Positions 28,586-41,686 of a stretch of DNA of 64,000 nt are shown piece after piece. The notes under the pieces were generated by a model. That model was not told the origin of the DNA. It did no database searches and worked only from the letters and a program-made list of their open reading frames with translations. The stretch covers positions 18,292,001 to 18,356,000 of the forward strand of contig NC_045696.1 in assembly GCF_009834535.1 (NCBI RefSeq), given 5' to 3'. The stretch comes from Camelus ferus. Its lineage: Eukaryota. A program made the translations under genes and the position numbers. Position 1 is the first letter of the stretch. Each line of letters opens with the position of its first letter.

Positions 28586-29249
28586 TACTGGTCTGCATTT
28601 ATTTATTCTTTCATAAAAATATTGCTGGTTGAACAAACTGGAATGAAAGTTATTGGAAGGCTTACATTTTTTAGTATGTCTTGTGATATTTTTGATTATT
28701 CATTTGAAGTTGGATGACTAATGATGCCGTTGTAGATTGATTGGTAATATTTGAATTGAGCCTATTTAGGGAAAAAATAACTGGTAGGAACAATGCTCTA
28801 CAGACCTTTCACAGGGTCTGTAATGTGCCTAATTTTCCAATATTAATAAATAATAAGCCTAGTCAGTTTAGTGGAAACTTGAGGGCTGTTTGAAGATAAA
28901 TTTACCAGACCGAGCATCCTATTTAAAAAGAATATATTACATGTAATTTACTCTCAACTCCCATTCACTTTATGTGACATTTAAGCCTCTCCCTGCCATT
29001 TTTTCCCAGCTATCAGAGTTAATTATTTTACTTATTTCACATTCAGGGCATCTGCTATGCCACTGCATTTTATCGATTGCCATATGAAATTCTCAGGCTG
29101 AATAATCTAAGTAATTTTATGAGAGCATAAGTAAGACAATAATTAATAGAATATGAGAAATAGACTGCTATTGCTCTTAGTGTTATTTGTGGAAGCTCTG
29201 GACAAACTGCTGTTTGACCTTCTTAAATGAGCAGCTTGCTTTCAACACC

Positions 29250-30130
29250 CACAACCAACGTACATACATGATCACTTGGCCGTCAATACTCGCGACCATC
29301 TGTTACAGTGGCAACATGCCTGCTCTCAAAGTGGTGCTCCAGTTTAGACCACAGGTGCCAGCTGAGTAGATTGGCAGCCTGAGATTCCGAAAACGCTTCC
29401 TCTTGTTCTGCAGAAAGTGATGCCACATTAACACCCACATGGCTTCTTACCTCCACGCCACCTGCTCATTATTTTTAGGCCAAAAATATCCATGAAAAGG
29501 GCCAATAATGAGCAGTTGACGAAAAGACACTGGGCACCAATGAGATATTACAATATACAGCATGCTGTCCTGTTGTTTAAAAAGTGATCGTATTTATTGG
29601 AAAAGCACAAAAATGTGGGCGTGAAAAAAATGTAGCACCCAAAGATCACCTTGCGAATAATGACTACAAGAGTAAAAGGTTTCAACATAACATTATCTGT
29701 GTCATTGTTCCTATGGGTGGGGGATCACTGGCTGTCGAGCTCTGCGTAAATCACTAGTCTTACGGACATTTTCTTGCTTACACGCAATGGTCCTACACTG
29801 TGCGTGTGTGCACATGCGCACCCAAAGCCGCTTTTTTTTTTTTTTTTTTTTGAAACAGAATTACAAAGGAAGTGGACAAAAAGATAGAATAAAACAGAAG
29901 CTACTAGACTGGATTCAGTGATTCCCGCATTATTTGGTTTGTGAAAGAGATGCACTTCTAAAGTCACCCCCATCTTTCCCTTCGGTTCCTTCCTCTTCTT
30001 ATCCCATATTCAAGGCCAAGATGATAAAGTGCGGCTATTAGTGTATGAAATGTCAAGTCCCGGGTTTGAGCACAGCTGAAGAAGAGAGAAAGCGCTGCTC
30101 TCTGCAGTCTACAAAAATCACCGATTTTAC
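29250..30130. promoter_or_regulatory. Non-repetitive CpG-enriched segment, candidate promoter/enhancer
   Basis: About 24 CpG in ~870 bp by hand count versus ~6 in the preceding 800 bp. NRF1-like TGCACATGCGCA at 29809-29820. E-boxes CATCTG, CAGGTG, CAGCTG, CACCTG, CAGTTG in 29297-29518. Confidence 0.45.
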
Positions 30131-31285
30131 TTTATTCTTAGTTAATGACCTTGTCTCACACTTTGTAAACATCATTCATCAACAATATCGTTACTTACCC
30201 CACCACCAAATCTACAAATCTGCCTTGATCCTTCACTACTACTTTCCTCCTCTTCTACAAGACCCAAACCTCCACTTGTGCTCCTTCCCCCTTTTCAGGA
30301 ATGGCTTTCCTTAATTATTCCCTCAGCTCTTGCACACTCAGCCCTCTTTTCTGTGGGATCATTCCATCAGCTTGTAGACAAGGGACACTCTCTCCCGATA
30401 AAGCACACGAAAACTTCCCGTCCTGTATCAAGCTCCCGTCAGTAAGTGGACTCCCTACAACATATAAACATCCTGGAAGAGTGGTGTCCCATGATTCTCT
30501 ATTTTCACCACCTTGCTTCTCCTGCTCAGCCTACTCCAACCATGTTTCGATGCATACATAGTCCTGGACCAAAGCTGTTCTTATTAATGCTTTCTGACAT
30601 TCCAAGTTCCTAAGTCCCAATTGTGTTTTTTCTTTCCTTATCTCACTGAACTTCCCACAGCATTCTACAGAGTGGATCGCTCCTACTTTTTCAAAACACG
30701 TTTTTATTCCTTTTTTGTGTCCTCCCACATTTCTACTTCCTCCCACATCTCTGCCACTCCTTCTTAGAACCCTTCACTGGCCTCTACTTCTCTACCTGTT
30801 CTCTAACTGGGAAAGTTCTTTAGGAATCAAGACTGGATATTCTTTGCTTCAAATACTAAAATCTCATGTTTTAAGCAATTCCATCATTTCTGTGGCTCTC
30901 AATACAAATTAGAGATTAATTCCCAAGTTCATTGCTTTTTATCCCCATGAATATCTTCTGTAAGTTCCAGGGAAGTAGAATTATTTGTGATTGTCATTTC
31001 CAGGGGGATACCCATTTTTCTCAGAGGTGAATGGTGGCCTTCACTTCTGAAGATGTACATTTGGGGAAAGTGACAACATGAAATGTACTTGTTTCCATTC
31101 TTCACCTGCCTAATTCACTCAACTTTTAGACCCCATCTTTCTACATAAGAAATATAATTTGATTAACTGTTTTTATGTCAGTATCATGTGTGTTTCCTCC
31201 ACAAGATATATGTCCTATCTATATGCTCAAGCCCAGCACAAGTCATAGTACAGATTAGGGTCTCAGTAAATACTTTTAAAATAAA
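30130..31285 (+). mobile_element. L2 fragments
   Basis: cttatctcactgaacttcccacagcattctacagagtggatcgctcc and 3' end cccagcacaagtcatagtacagattagggtctcagtaaatac. Confidence 0.6.
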
Positions 31286-32309
31286 GTTAATATATTTTTA
31301 CTGCAAACTCTATTCTAGTGCCCAAATGGAGAAAAATTAGGAGGGGAATATTTAGTCATGTAAAAAAAGTAAAACGCTGAAGAGAAAGCACATCATGCTT
31401 CTTTGCATAAGTGTCGCAACATATAAGCTCAAAACCTTTTTCTCACTGTTCCAGTTTTATTTACTTGATACTCAGTAGTATATGTATGATTTAATATATT
31501 CTTTTGCACACGGTCACATTCAGAATTTTTTTTGCTATTTATTCTTTTCAGTTTTAACATATTTTATAATACTTTATTGTCAGGATATATTCTGATTTTA
31601 AGAGATAAACACAGTTTTAATTAAATTCAATTTATGAAAAATTGTGTTCTCTTTGACTATTATTCTGATAACTACGAGACCTTAGTAATTGGGTTATTTA
31701 AAAAGAGTCAAATTTGGCAAAGAAATCAAACGTTAACATTTTTAACATTTTAAAAACATAAATGAAAGGCAGTTATCCTCTGTCACTTAAAATGTCACTT
31801 TTAAAAGATGAGATTAGTGGCTGTTCTCACAGCATCACCGAAGAAAAGTTTCATGTCAATCACGACTAGCTCCAAATACAGTCCAAGTTGGTGGAATTAA
31901 AATGTTTATGATAAATTTATAAAAGTTCCAGTGCTACTGAAATGTAAGTTCAGTTTATAAAGAAATTTCTTCAAAAATACAAAGTAGAAAAGAGATAACT
32001 TACTCTATTTTATAAATAGTTGGCATAATATAAGGATAAATCATTTGAAATTTTCATCATATTGTGTTTTTCATGATTTGCGGTGTGTAAAGAGTAATAA
32101 AGATAAGAAGTCCCTGGTCAGAGTTACACAAATTACTTACTGAGATTCTAACTAGTCATAGAATTGAAGCCAAGCCACCTAAACATTTGGTGGTGTAATA
32201 TCCTCATCTGTAAAATGAAACTAATGATGAAACTAATGATTACTGACAAAACTGACAGCTGAAATTCCTTATGAGGTGAGAAATCACAAGCTCAGATTCA
32301 ACAAGGTGA

Positions 32310-32552
32310 ACAAATGCTAACAGACAAATCTAATCTAGACTGACAGACAGCAGATCAGTGGTTGCCTAGAGCAAGGGGGAGAAACATTGATTATAAATGG
32401 AGCAAGAGGGAATTTGCAAGTCTATTAAAATATCCTGAAACTTTATAGGAGTTATATAGATGCAAGTAAATATATTTGTCAAAACTTAACGAACTGATCA
32501 CTTAAAATAGATGCATCTTATTACATATGTATTATATGTCAACATTGATTTT
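32310..32552 (+). mobile_element. L1ME-like 3' end fragment
   Basis: acagcagatcagtggttgcctag...tatatttgtcaaaacttaacgaactgatcacttaaaatagatgcat. Confidence 0.75.
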
Positions 32553-34050
32553 AGCAGCGTGTGAATGAATCAGTAATTAGTAATTTGAAGTACCCAAAAA
32601 TAATATAATACCAGGAATTTCATTAATGTGCCTTCTTTATAACTAAGACTTGGTGATTTAGTATATTTCTCTAAAATGTCACACTCAGAATGTACATAGT
32701 TCATAAATAAGTGAAGGCAGCTTTTAAATGAGAGTTATTACAAATACTCTCATTCTCTTTTCAATCCAAATTGTGCAATCTTTGATTTTTCACATGCCAA
32801 AAATATTTAGCAGAGGTTCAGTAAATGTGTTGCCCAGAAAAGATGTTTCCCTATGTCAGCTTAGCACTTTACTCAAAATTAACTAATTCTGATCTACCAT
32901 AATATTTCTTATAATCAAATGCTTGTTTAAATTATTATACATAAAGTTATATAATGTAGAGTTATAAAGAAAATATATATGTAGAAGTTAATGAAAGAAC
33001 ACATTAGTTAAGTAAAGCCACCCTTTTAAGAATACTGTGTGCTGAATAAGGCTCTGTGAATCCAAGTTAAATAAGATTGCCCTAAGATTTAATTTCTTCA
33101 GTGTCTAAGAGCAAAAGCTAAGTTTTCCGGAACTTATTAGACAATGTGTTTGTGGTTGGAGTTCTAATGCAAATGGAGGCAAGGTTTCAGATATTATTAG
33201 AAAAATGCAAAGACAGATAAGATGTGAAATCAGCCTTTTACAGAAAAAATTAAAGAGCTGTGACTTTAACAATTTGTCTTAAAAAATGTAACAGTATACT
33301 GGGTGTATATAAAATAATGTTTAAAAATACATTAAAAATGGGCAAACTATATCATATATATAGTTGAATGGTTGCTGTATTTTATAATTAATGATTAAAA
33401 TGAGCAGGAAATCATTTTATTAAATTTTTGTTTAAATTCTAAAATAGATGTCACTTGCCTGGGCTCCATCCACAGTCGGCGTTGACTCTGCCATGATATG
33501 ACTAGTGGTTTATGGGCAGGACTGTCTGAGATTAAAGGTATGAACAGGATACTCCCTCATGTTCTCTTTCAGGTCATACATTCTGTGAATCTGATTTTCC
33601 TTGTGTGTTACGCTGTACAGTGATGACATGTTTATCAAAGTGCCTGGATACAACAGTGATCTTTTCTGTAAAAATGCACAGACATAGAACTTAACTTTCC
33701 AAGGTCATACAGCAGGTTCGTGACAGAACGAAGATTAAAATTCCTGGAGTTCCTGACCAGTTACAGCAATATTGTTGTAACATTCTTGTAAGTTTGTAGC
33801 CTGCATCTGCAATATAATTTATATTCGAGCTCACACAACTCAGAATCAATGTGGCCCACACTTCATTTTAAACCTGAAAAGAAAAGAATATATTTTTTAA
33901 ATTGGAAAAGATCAGATGTGGCACTTTTAATTGAGTAAAATCCACTAAAGCATTGAATTATGAACTGATTTTAAAATTTTTGATTTAAACTTTACAATGT
34001 GATTTATGAAAACTTGAGAATTTGTTTAAATATAAGAAAGTGTTGACATG

Positions 34051-34407
34051 TTTCTTAGTCTGTTAGGATTGCTATAACAGAAATCATAGGCAGGGTAAAT
34101 TATAAATAACAGACATTTATCTCTCACAGTTACAAAGGCTGGGAAGTCTAAGATCAAGGCACAGACAAATTTAGTGTCTGGTCAGAGCCTGCTTCCTGGT
34201 TCATTGATGACTATCTTTGCATTGCGTCCTCACATAGTGGAAAAGATGCAAGAAGTCTCTGGGATCTCTTCTATAAGGACACTAATCCCATTCATGGGCT
34301 CCATCCTCATAACCTCATCACTTCTGAAATACTCCACTTCCAAATACCATCAGGGATTATGTTTCAATATATGCATTTGGGAAGACATAAATATTCATTC
34401 CATAGCA
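34051..34407 (-). mobile_element. MLT1A-like MaLR solo LTR
   Basis: cttagtctgttaggattgctataacag...ggctgggaagtctaagatcaaggc...tctataaggacactaatcccattcatg...attcattccatagca. Confidence 0.88.
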
Positions 34408-35334
34408 TATGTGAAAAGCAATTTAAAAAAATAAATAAGTACATCCATATGAAGTAGAATGCACAAATATGAAAAGTAGAAAAGAACATATATTTGTAAG
34501 CTACTGAGAAATACACTTTATATATAGGCAGCAGCAATTTAGCTTAACATTGGAATGACTTGTATTAGAAATATAGGCCATACTGCATAGGAAATAAAGA
34601 TTTCAAGTAAGCAAATAGGCTAATTGGATTTTTCCTGCAGTATTAAGAATGAGCTATCAAGGCTAACTTTCAGGTCTATAGAGAAAACAGGATATTATTG
34701 CAATTATCCTAATCAGGAATGCTGAGGACATATATAGAATTTGCAACATTTGCAATAGAGGCAGTAAGTGGCTTGAAATTAATGTGACATATCAGAGACA
34801 GAACAATGTATCTTATGATTGAGAAAATATGAAAGTTGAAGAGGAGAAATATCTAGTCAACGATATCTTTTTTTTTTTTTTTTTTTTTGCTGAACACCCT
34901 GGAAAACGGTGACATAATGAGCCAAGTTGATGTCTTGTCGGAAAATTAAGGACATTAAGAAATAAAAGGACACATTCATTTAGAAATACATTTAATATTT
35001 AACAGGTTGAATTATAGTCTAGCACAGTATTTACACTAATTTTTGGCAGGCAATTTGAAACATGAATTTATAGGTTCAGAATAAATGTTAAAGCTGAAGT
35101 AGAAATCCTCAACACAGAGATTTTAAGCAAATGTATAGCAATGGGTTATATAACTAGGTTTTGAAATTATAAAGTGAAAAGAGAGAAAAGAAAGAGAGTC
35201 ACAGAGATAAAGTAAAAAAGAGGAGGAGGAGGACAAAGAGGAAGAGGAACTGGAAGAAGAAGAAGAAGGAGGAGGAGGAGAAAGAAAAAGAAAAGAAAGA
35301 AGGAAGAAAGGAAAGAGAGAGAGAGAGAAAAAAA

Positions 35335-35336
<2 letters not shown>

Positions 35337-35426
<90 letters not shown>

Positions 35427-35428
35427 AA
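35337..35428. repeat. (GAAA)23 microsatellite within a compound polypurine tract (35252-35447)
   Basis: 23 perfect GAAA units, preceded by (GAA)n, (GGA)n and (GA)n blocks. Confidence 0.97.
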
Positions 35429-35911
35429 AAAGAAAGAAGAAAAGAAGTGGGAGGAGGAAGGAAGAATATTGAACCATGAAGGAAAATTGGATTACAGGAC
35501 ATATCCCAAATATTTAATGAAGAAATCTGCTGTTGGCATGTTTGTTTGGATATATGGATAGCAGAAGTATGCAATGACTGACAAAACATTTTCTAAATTT
35601 TTATAGAATCAAACTTAAAATTTCCTGCTATACTAGACATTTTTTTTTGTTTGACCTGGAGAATTTTTCCTTATAATATGATATTCCAATATGAAGTTTC
35701 TTCATGTAAACAAATTTTAACTTCTCAGATGATTAAATATGATATTTATTGTCAAGTGGAAGACAAATATATGAATTACATAATTATAATCAAACATGCA
35801 TTATTGAATTTGCTCTTCCTCAAAAATAATTGTCACGTGTTGTCATGAAATATTTATAATATTTCTAAAAAAGTATGTCTTATATTGGGGAATGTGATAT
35901 TAAATAGAGAT

Positions 35912-36376
35912 TGTTAACCTAAATGTTCAGAAACAAAGATCTGATTGAGATAAAGACACATTTATTTGGGATTTGTTAGGACTTCAGTCAGGGAGACACA
36001 GGTTTAAGAGGCACTTGAGTTGTGTTCTGCTGGACTACAAAATGAAGAAACTTATAAAGGCAAAAAAATGCCAGGCCACAGTAAGTTGCATAAGTTGTTT
36101 GTCAAGAATTATGATTGGAGGTGGCAAGAAATAAGAATGTTTATAAACCAAAAATTGGGTGGGATCAAAAATAGTTACATGGTTGCAGGAGGAGACCTTG
36201 AGATCATAAGGTTGCAACTAGCAATAAAGTTCTAAAAGTGGCTAGTGGTGGTCTTAGGTTTGGTACAGTTCAGAGAGTTCAGGTTTTCAATGTGCAGGGA
36301 CATGTCTGAAACCAGATCCTCAGTGGCCACCCAAGTCTGAAATTGATTACTCCATTATGATTTCTATCTATCATCA
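35912..36376 (-). mobile_element. ERV1-type solo LTR with 4-bp TSD
   Basis: TG...CA termini (tgttaacc...ctatcatca). AGAT on both sides (35908-35911, 36377-36380). tttatt near the left end is a minus-strand poly(A) signal. Confidence 0.75.
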
Positions 36377-37899
36377 AGATGTGGGAGAGAGACTATCAAA
36401 GAAAAGCTTCAGAAATCCACAACTGATTAAAATATTCCAAGAAATGACTGCATGCTGAAATAACAGACTAATTTATACAAAACTTCTGGCAATTTTCCTC
36501 TTGGTTGTTTCTGATCACAATAAAAAGTCTGTCTATGAGTTGGTTCAATTCCTTCTCTTTAAATAAGCACTGTGTATCCTAGCAACTCATCATTGGGCAA
36601 GTATCAACACAAGAAACTGGGTGATTTTCATCAAGAACATCCCTGATGAGAAATAAAGGTGTGCATTTCTAACATTTTTGTCCTTGAGGTAATTTTTTTT
36701 TTCTAAAATTACTTGCCAGCTCAAATGATACTGACATTTCTAAAATCCGTTTTTGCAATACTGTTTTCTGATCAACGCATATCAATTTTTTAAACTTTGG
36801 AAAATTCAGAGAAATAATGTTACCTATGAACTCAACACACCAAAATCTTGTAGTTTTCTATAGTTACACGTATGATTTATGGTTTATTACCACAATGTAA
36901 AATTTAATAAAAATACAAAACTTCATTGATTTTTAACCAAATTTAAAAAATGACAGCAGGTTTTATAAGAGACACATTACATTAAAAGTGAATAATATGT
37001 TTTCTTTGGCATAGAAGTGGATGGAAAAGTAAAACGTCCAGAGTGTCTGATAAAGGCAGAGATTTCTGGAGAAGAAAGAGAGAAAACAGAGAAGGAAATG
37101 AAACAGGAACTGCAGTGTATGAGCAAAGGTGAAGGGATGGGGGTGATAGGGGAAAAGAACGTGTAAATCTTCTAGGAACCCAGCATGTGAACAGTAAAAC
37201 CAGCAGAAATTTTCAATGTTAATGTGATTTTTCAGTTGGGAACACTTTATAATTTTTGAAAGGTACAAACTGTACCTCTGAGTTTGAACCACAGGGTCCA
37301 CAGAAGGACTGGAAATAAAGTAGTTATAATTTTAGCTAGAATTATCTCTAGTGGAGGGATTGGTGCACTTTAATTTTAAACATCTATAATTTTCCATTTT
37401 TCAAGTTGTTTTGTCAGTTGAGATTTTTAAGTTCATTTAAAAAATATAAATGTATTTGGAAATTCATTGATTCTGTGGGGACTTTTATACCACAAAGACA
37501 CATTTGTAATAATCACGATTACACTGAGGAGGCTTTCAATTTAGAAAAGATACGTGCATTCCTAAAGTCTCAAGACCAGGCAGTAGCAGGGTCTGAACTC
37601 CCCTTAGATTCTCCAGAACTCCAAAGTGTCTGGTGTTAAATGTCATGCTACACTGCCAACATATAAAGAAAGGTGTATCGTGAACTATTAAAGTTTCAAA
37701 TGGACATAAAAACTTAATTTGACAGAGCAAAATGAATGTGCAACACATAAACGATACAGGACTTTAATAAGCTATCAACTTGTAAACAAATAGTTTTACT
37801 ATAACTGAGAATCACTAGCCACATCTTTGGAATATATAAATTTTTGGTTGAATGGCTAATAGATATTCCATAATAACAATAAAAAGAATCACAATGTTA

Positions 37900-38120
37900 A
37901 CAACACAGCCAACAAACGTTTATGGGTGTCTATTGAGTAATTGATGTTTTTCCAACAGCTTTGAGTAATTTATCTCAATTATTCCTCATGTTAAGCCATT
38001 ATGTTTCTACTATTTAGATGAAGAAAGTGAGTTTTACAGAAGTTCCACAGCTTGTCCAAGGTCACAGAACTCTTTGGTTGCGAAGTCAAATTTCGAATCC
38101 TATTGTGATCTCAGAACTTG
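37900..38120 (-). mobile_element. MIR
   Basis: tttatctcaattattcctca...tagatgaagaaagtgag...cttgtccaaggtcacag...aaatttcgaatcc. Confidence 0.7.
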
Positions 38121-41100
38121 CTATTGTAATAAGGTCTTATGATTTGGGATTTGCTGACAGACAAAATTGTAACAGGAAAAGCATTTCTGGAATAAAAGAA
38201 TTCACAATTCACAATTTTGTTCACATTCTTTATCTCTGTCTCTGTCTCTATCTCTCTATATTATCTATATTTCTGTATCTATCTATATTTAAGTAGTGAT
38301 AAAATGGTACACAGGGTTTTTTTTTAAACAGGATTTATTTTTGCAGTGATATTGAATTTAACATTAAAAGTCAACAGAGTACTTTTTTGCTATATTGAAA
38401 ACTCTTAAGAAAATAAAGCATAAAACCAATGAGTTACATGCCTTCTAATGTAGTCATTTAAATTTTTTTAAAAAACTACCCTTCAAAGTAGGCATCTATT
38501 TCTGGGCATAATTAACATTAATCTGACTTCTAGACAAGCTGTTTGACAAATTTTACTTTAATTGACATTGACAGTGGAGTTTTATTGGAAAACGTTGGCA
38601 AGCTCACATCCAAACAACCTTCAGTATAAAGGAGAGGTTCTGGAAATATGATGAGAATTTATTACAGTCGTCAGCATTGACTCAAAGAGATATACTGAAC
38701 AATGAAACAGAAAGAAATAAGACCATCCATCACCTCCTCACAAAAGGACCTAAGCTCTTATGCCCATTAATACTGTTACATTCTGTCAGCAGTCAATGAG
38801 ACGACGTCACTGAAAAATTCTTGCAAAAGTGTTAAGTTACAAATGTGTCTATAGAAAAGACATTTCCTGGATTCTGGTTGAACTTAGTCCAATACCATTT
38901 TACTTTTTACTAAATAAATTCAATTTAAATGTTCATGATTACTGTTATCTAATTATTTAACTGTATTCTCCCTGTGCGGTAAAGAAAGAATGATGTGGTG
39001 TGTTTTTGTTTGTTTTTTACTTGAAGTGGAGATTCTTTGAATCTTAATTTTCTAGGTTCACAAATAATAGTGACATCATAGAGTTATCATCTTCTGTTGC
39101 AATTGTTTGTATGACCAAATGCTGCTTTGTATAAACAGACTTTGTATGGAAAGCCAGGAAAAGTAGTCAAAATGCACAAACATCTGGATAGTTTTCTATC
39201 ACATACTTGAAAGTTTTAGTTGAGTAAATCTGAATGTGTAGGTACAGCAGTTGAGTAATTTATTAAATGGTTTTGACTCCATATAACAAGAATGTTAATA
39301 TCCCCTCTAGGGACGGAAGGTGGCGATATGCAGTCCATGTTCTTGATCCCATGTTAGCACAGCTAATTCTGCACTGTAAGGTTTGTTATTTTCAATATCT
39401 TCTGTCATATATCACTATCTGTATTCAATGACTCTCATTGGGTTACAAACCATGTAAACCTGACTCAAACTAAATTGCAAATTACATAAATAAATCTTAA
39501 ATAAGTTTACTTTTGCAAATGAAAGAAAAAAAGAAAATCCATGAGCCTTATTTCTTCCAGGTGTGGCCAGATGCAAGGCTGTGACAATGTGATTAAGCCT
39601 CTTCATCATCCTTGGTCTCTCACGCTAAGTTTGCTTCTGTTTGCCTCAGTTTGCCTTAGATTCACTCACTATCTGATGCTGCCTTGCTGGACAAGGCCAG
39701 CACTGGATATCGTGCATATCATGTTTATTGAGCACTTTCAGAGAAAAAGGAACTTATGGTAGGTTCACTGGGGACCTCGTGAAGTTTCTGATTTTCTCAC
39801 AATTCCTATAAAAGAGAAATTTGTCCAAACTGTTGACTGAAAGAAACTAGCCTCATCCAAAGTGTATGAAATAGGGTTTAAACTGAAGGCATCTCTGGTA
39901 TGGAACTAATTAGAAGAAATAGTGTGATATTTGAGTTTATGGTATTTATTTCCACATTTGTGCTTATTGACATGAGTTATTGAGTTGAGGCATAATTTTA
40001 AAGTCATCATTGTTCTCACATTGGGAAAAACATGGTGTGATTTGCACCACTGCCATTTCAGAGGTAGCGGCCTCTCCTTTGCACTGAAGTCAGAGAGCAG
40101 TAGAATCACCACTCATTTTCAAGCAGAAAAGTAATCATAGTTTAGATGTAAGGTAGAATACGTTCATTTTTTTAACTGAACTTTTGCTTTATCTTTGTTT
40201 CTAAATGCTTAATGAAAGTCTATATAAATGCCATCACTAAAGAAGAATCAGCTAGTTTAATTACCTGAAGCTTTAATTACCTAAAGCATAATGAATTATT
40301 TTTATGGATTGTGTATAAAAAAAAAAGATGTTATTGTAACATCCATACAAACAGTGACAGGGAGAAATGCTGCTGAAATTTTAAAACTTTGCACCACAGC
40401 CATCTCTGATTGGAGACTAAGCCAATGGGCCTGGTTTAGTATCTGTCTTTGGGAAAAGGCAGCTATACCTGTGTCTGTGTTTTCCTACATTATCTGGCCT
40501 CGTTGTTAATTTATTTCAGAATTTCAATATCTTCTCAGTACTTTGCATGTAGCTCTATTTTCTTAAAAAAAAAAAAACCCACTAATTCTAGAAGTAATGA
40601 AATAAATGGAACCTCAGACCAGTGTTTCCTAATATACATTCTCTATATTTCAAAACATTAAAGTGCATGCAGATCAATGCAAAATATATCAGAGTGTGAA
40701 TGCTTCTAAAGAAACATTAAGCAACACTGGCTTAAGGCAGCTTAAATGAGGTAAAACCGACTCAAACATACTTGTAAATTTCATGAATATCCTTGATGGT
40801 ATAAAAAGCGAAAAAGACATAATGAGATTAAATGACCATTTTTTTCCACCCACTCTGAAATTTTGAGAACTCCAGGTGAATATGCATTTATATAAGAATG
40901 TTCTTAGAGGTACAATCATTTAAATGGGAGGGTTCATCTGAAAAATTTTATTACATACCAAAAGGTAATGGGACATGGCACTGAGATTACAGCCAATGTA
41001 TTTGACAAGATGTTTTTCTTACTCAGGTTATTAATGTGAGAGGAGAAACCGTTGCATGGCCAGACATTATATTTAAAGATAGGTCATTGCTTCTCTGAAA

Positions 41101-41686
41101 GGATATATATTTTGACTGAAGCCATCAGCAAAAGGAGAAAACATAGTGATATATGATGGGTGGTTGTAATGAGTAAAACAAACTTCTTCTGTAGGCGATT
41201 TTGATTGTTGGCCACAATTATCAGTGTGGAAGAGTCAGATTTGTAAGGTAATGGGACAATAAACTAGACTTCTTCCCTTTTTGTTGTTTTAAATAGCAAA
41301 ATATTTAACATTACAGGAAAGAAAAGAAATCATAATCCACTTCATATTCTGGGGAAACTCTCAATGACTGAGGGGATGGAAGGATGGCAGCTCCCACCAC
41401 AGTCTCAATCAAAACTAGGCAGATGGAGCTGAATGATATGGACTATCCCAAACATGACCAGTTAGTTAAGTCCTAATCTCAGTTTACTTCCGGTTATGAG
41501 GTTTTTACTAGCACTAACCAATACAGCACCTACCTGGTCTAGCAAAAGTATTCTGTTCAGTCCTCATCAGTAAAACAAAGGATCAAAAACACATGGAAAA
41601 ACAACCAGACACTTGGCCCAATTCCCAGGGCTTTCCTCCTCTCTGTTACTGTATATTGTGTTCCGCAGGGACCCCATCATCTAGAC

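Noticed and set aside
35167..35589. 140-aa and 92-aa F/L/S-rich ORFs
   Set aside because: Translations of the (TTTC)n microsatellite strand; low complexity.
38590..38800. Frame containing ERFWKYDEN, resembling a hemopexin-repeat motif
   Set aside because: Only a few residues match; flanks are not MMP-like and no convincing splice sites were seen.
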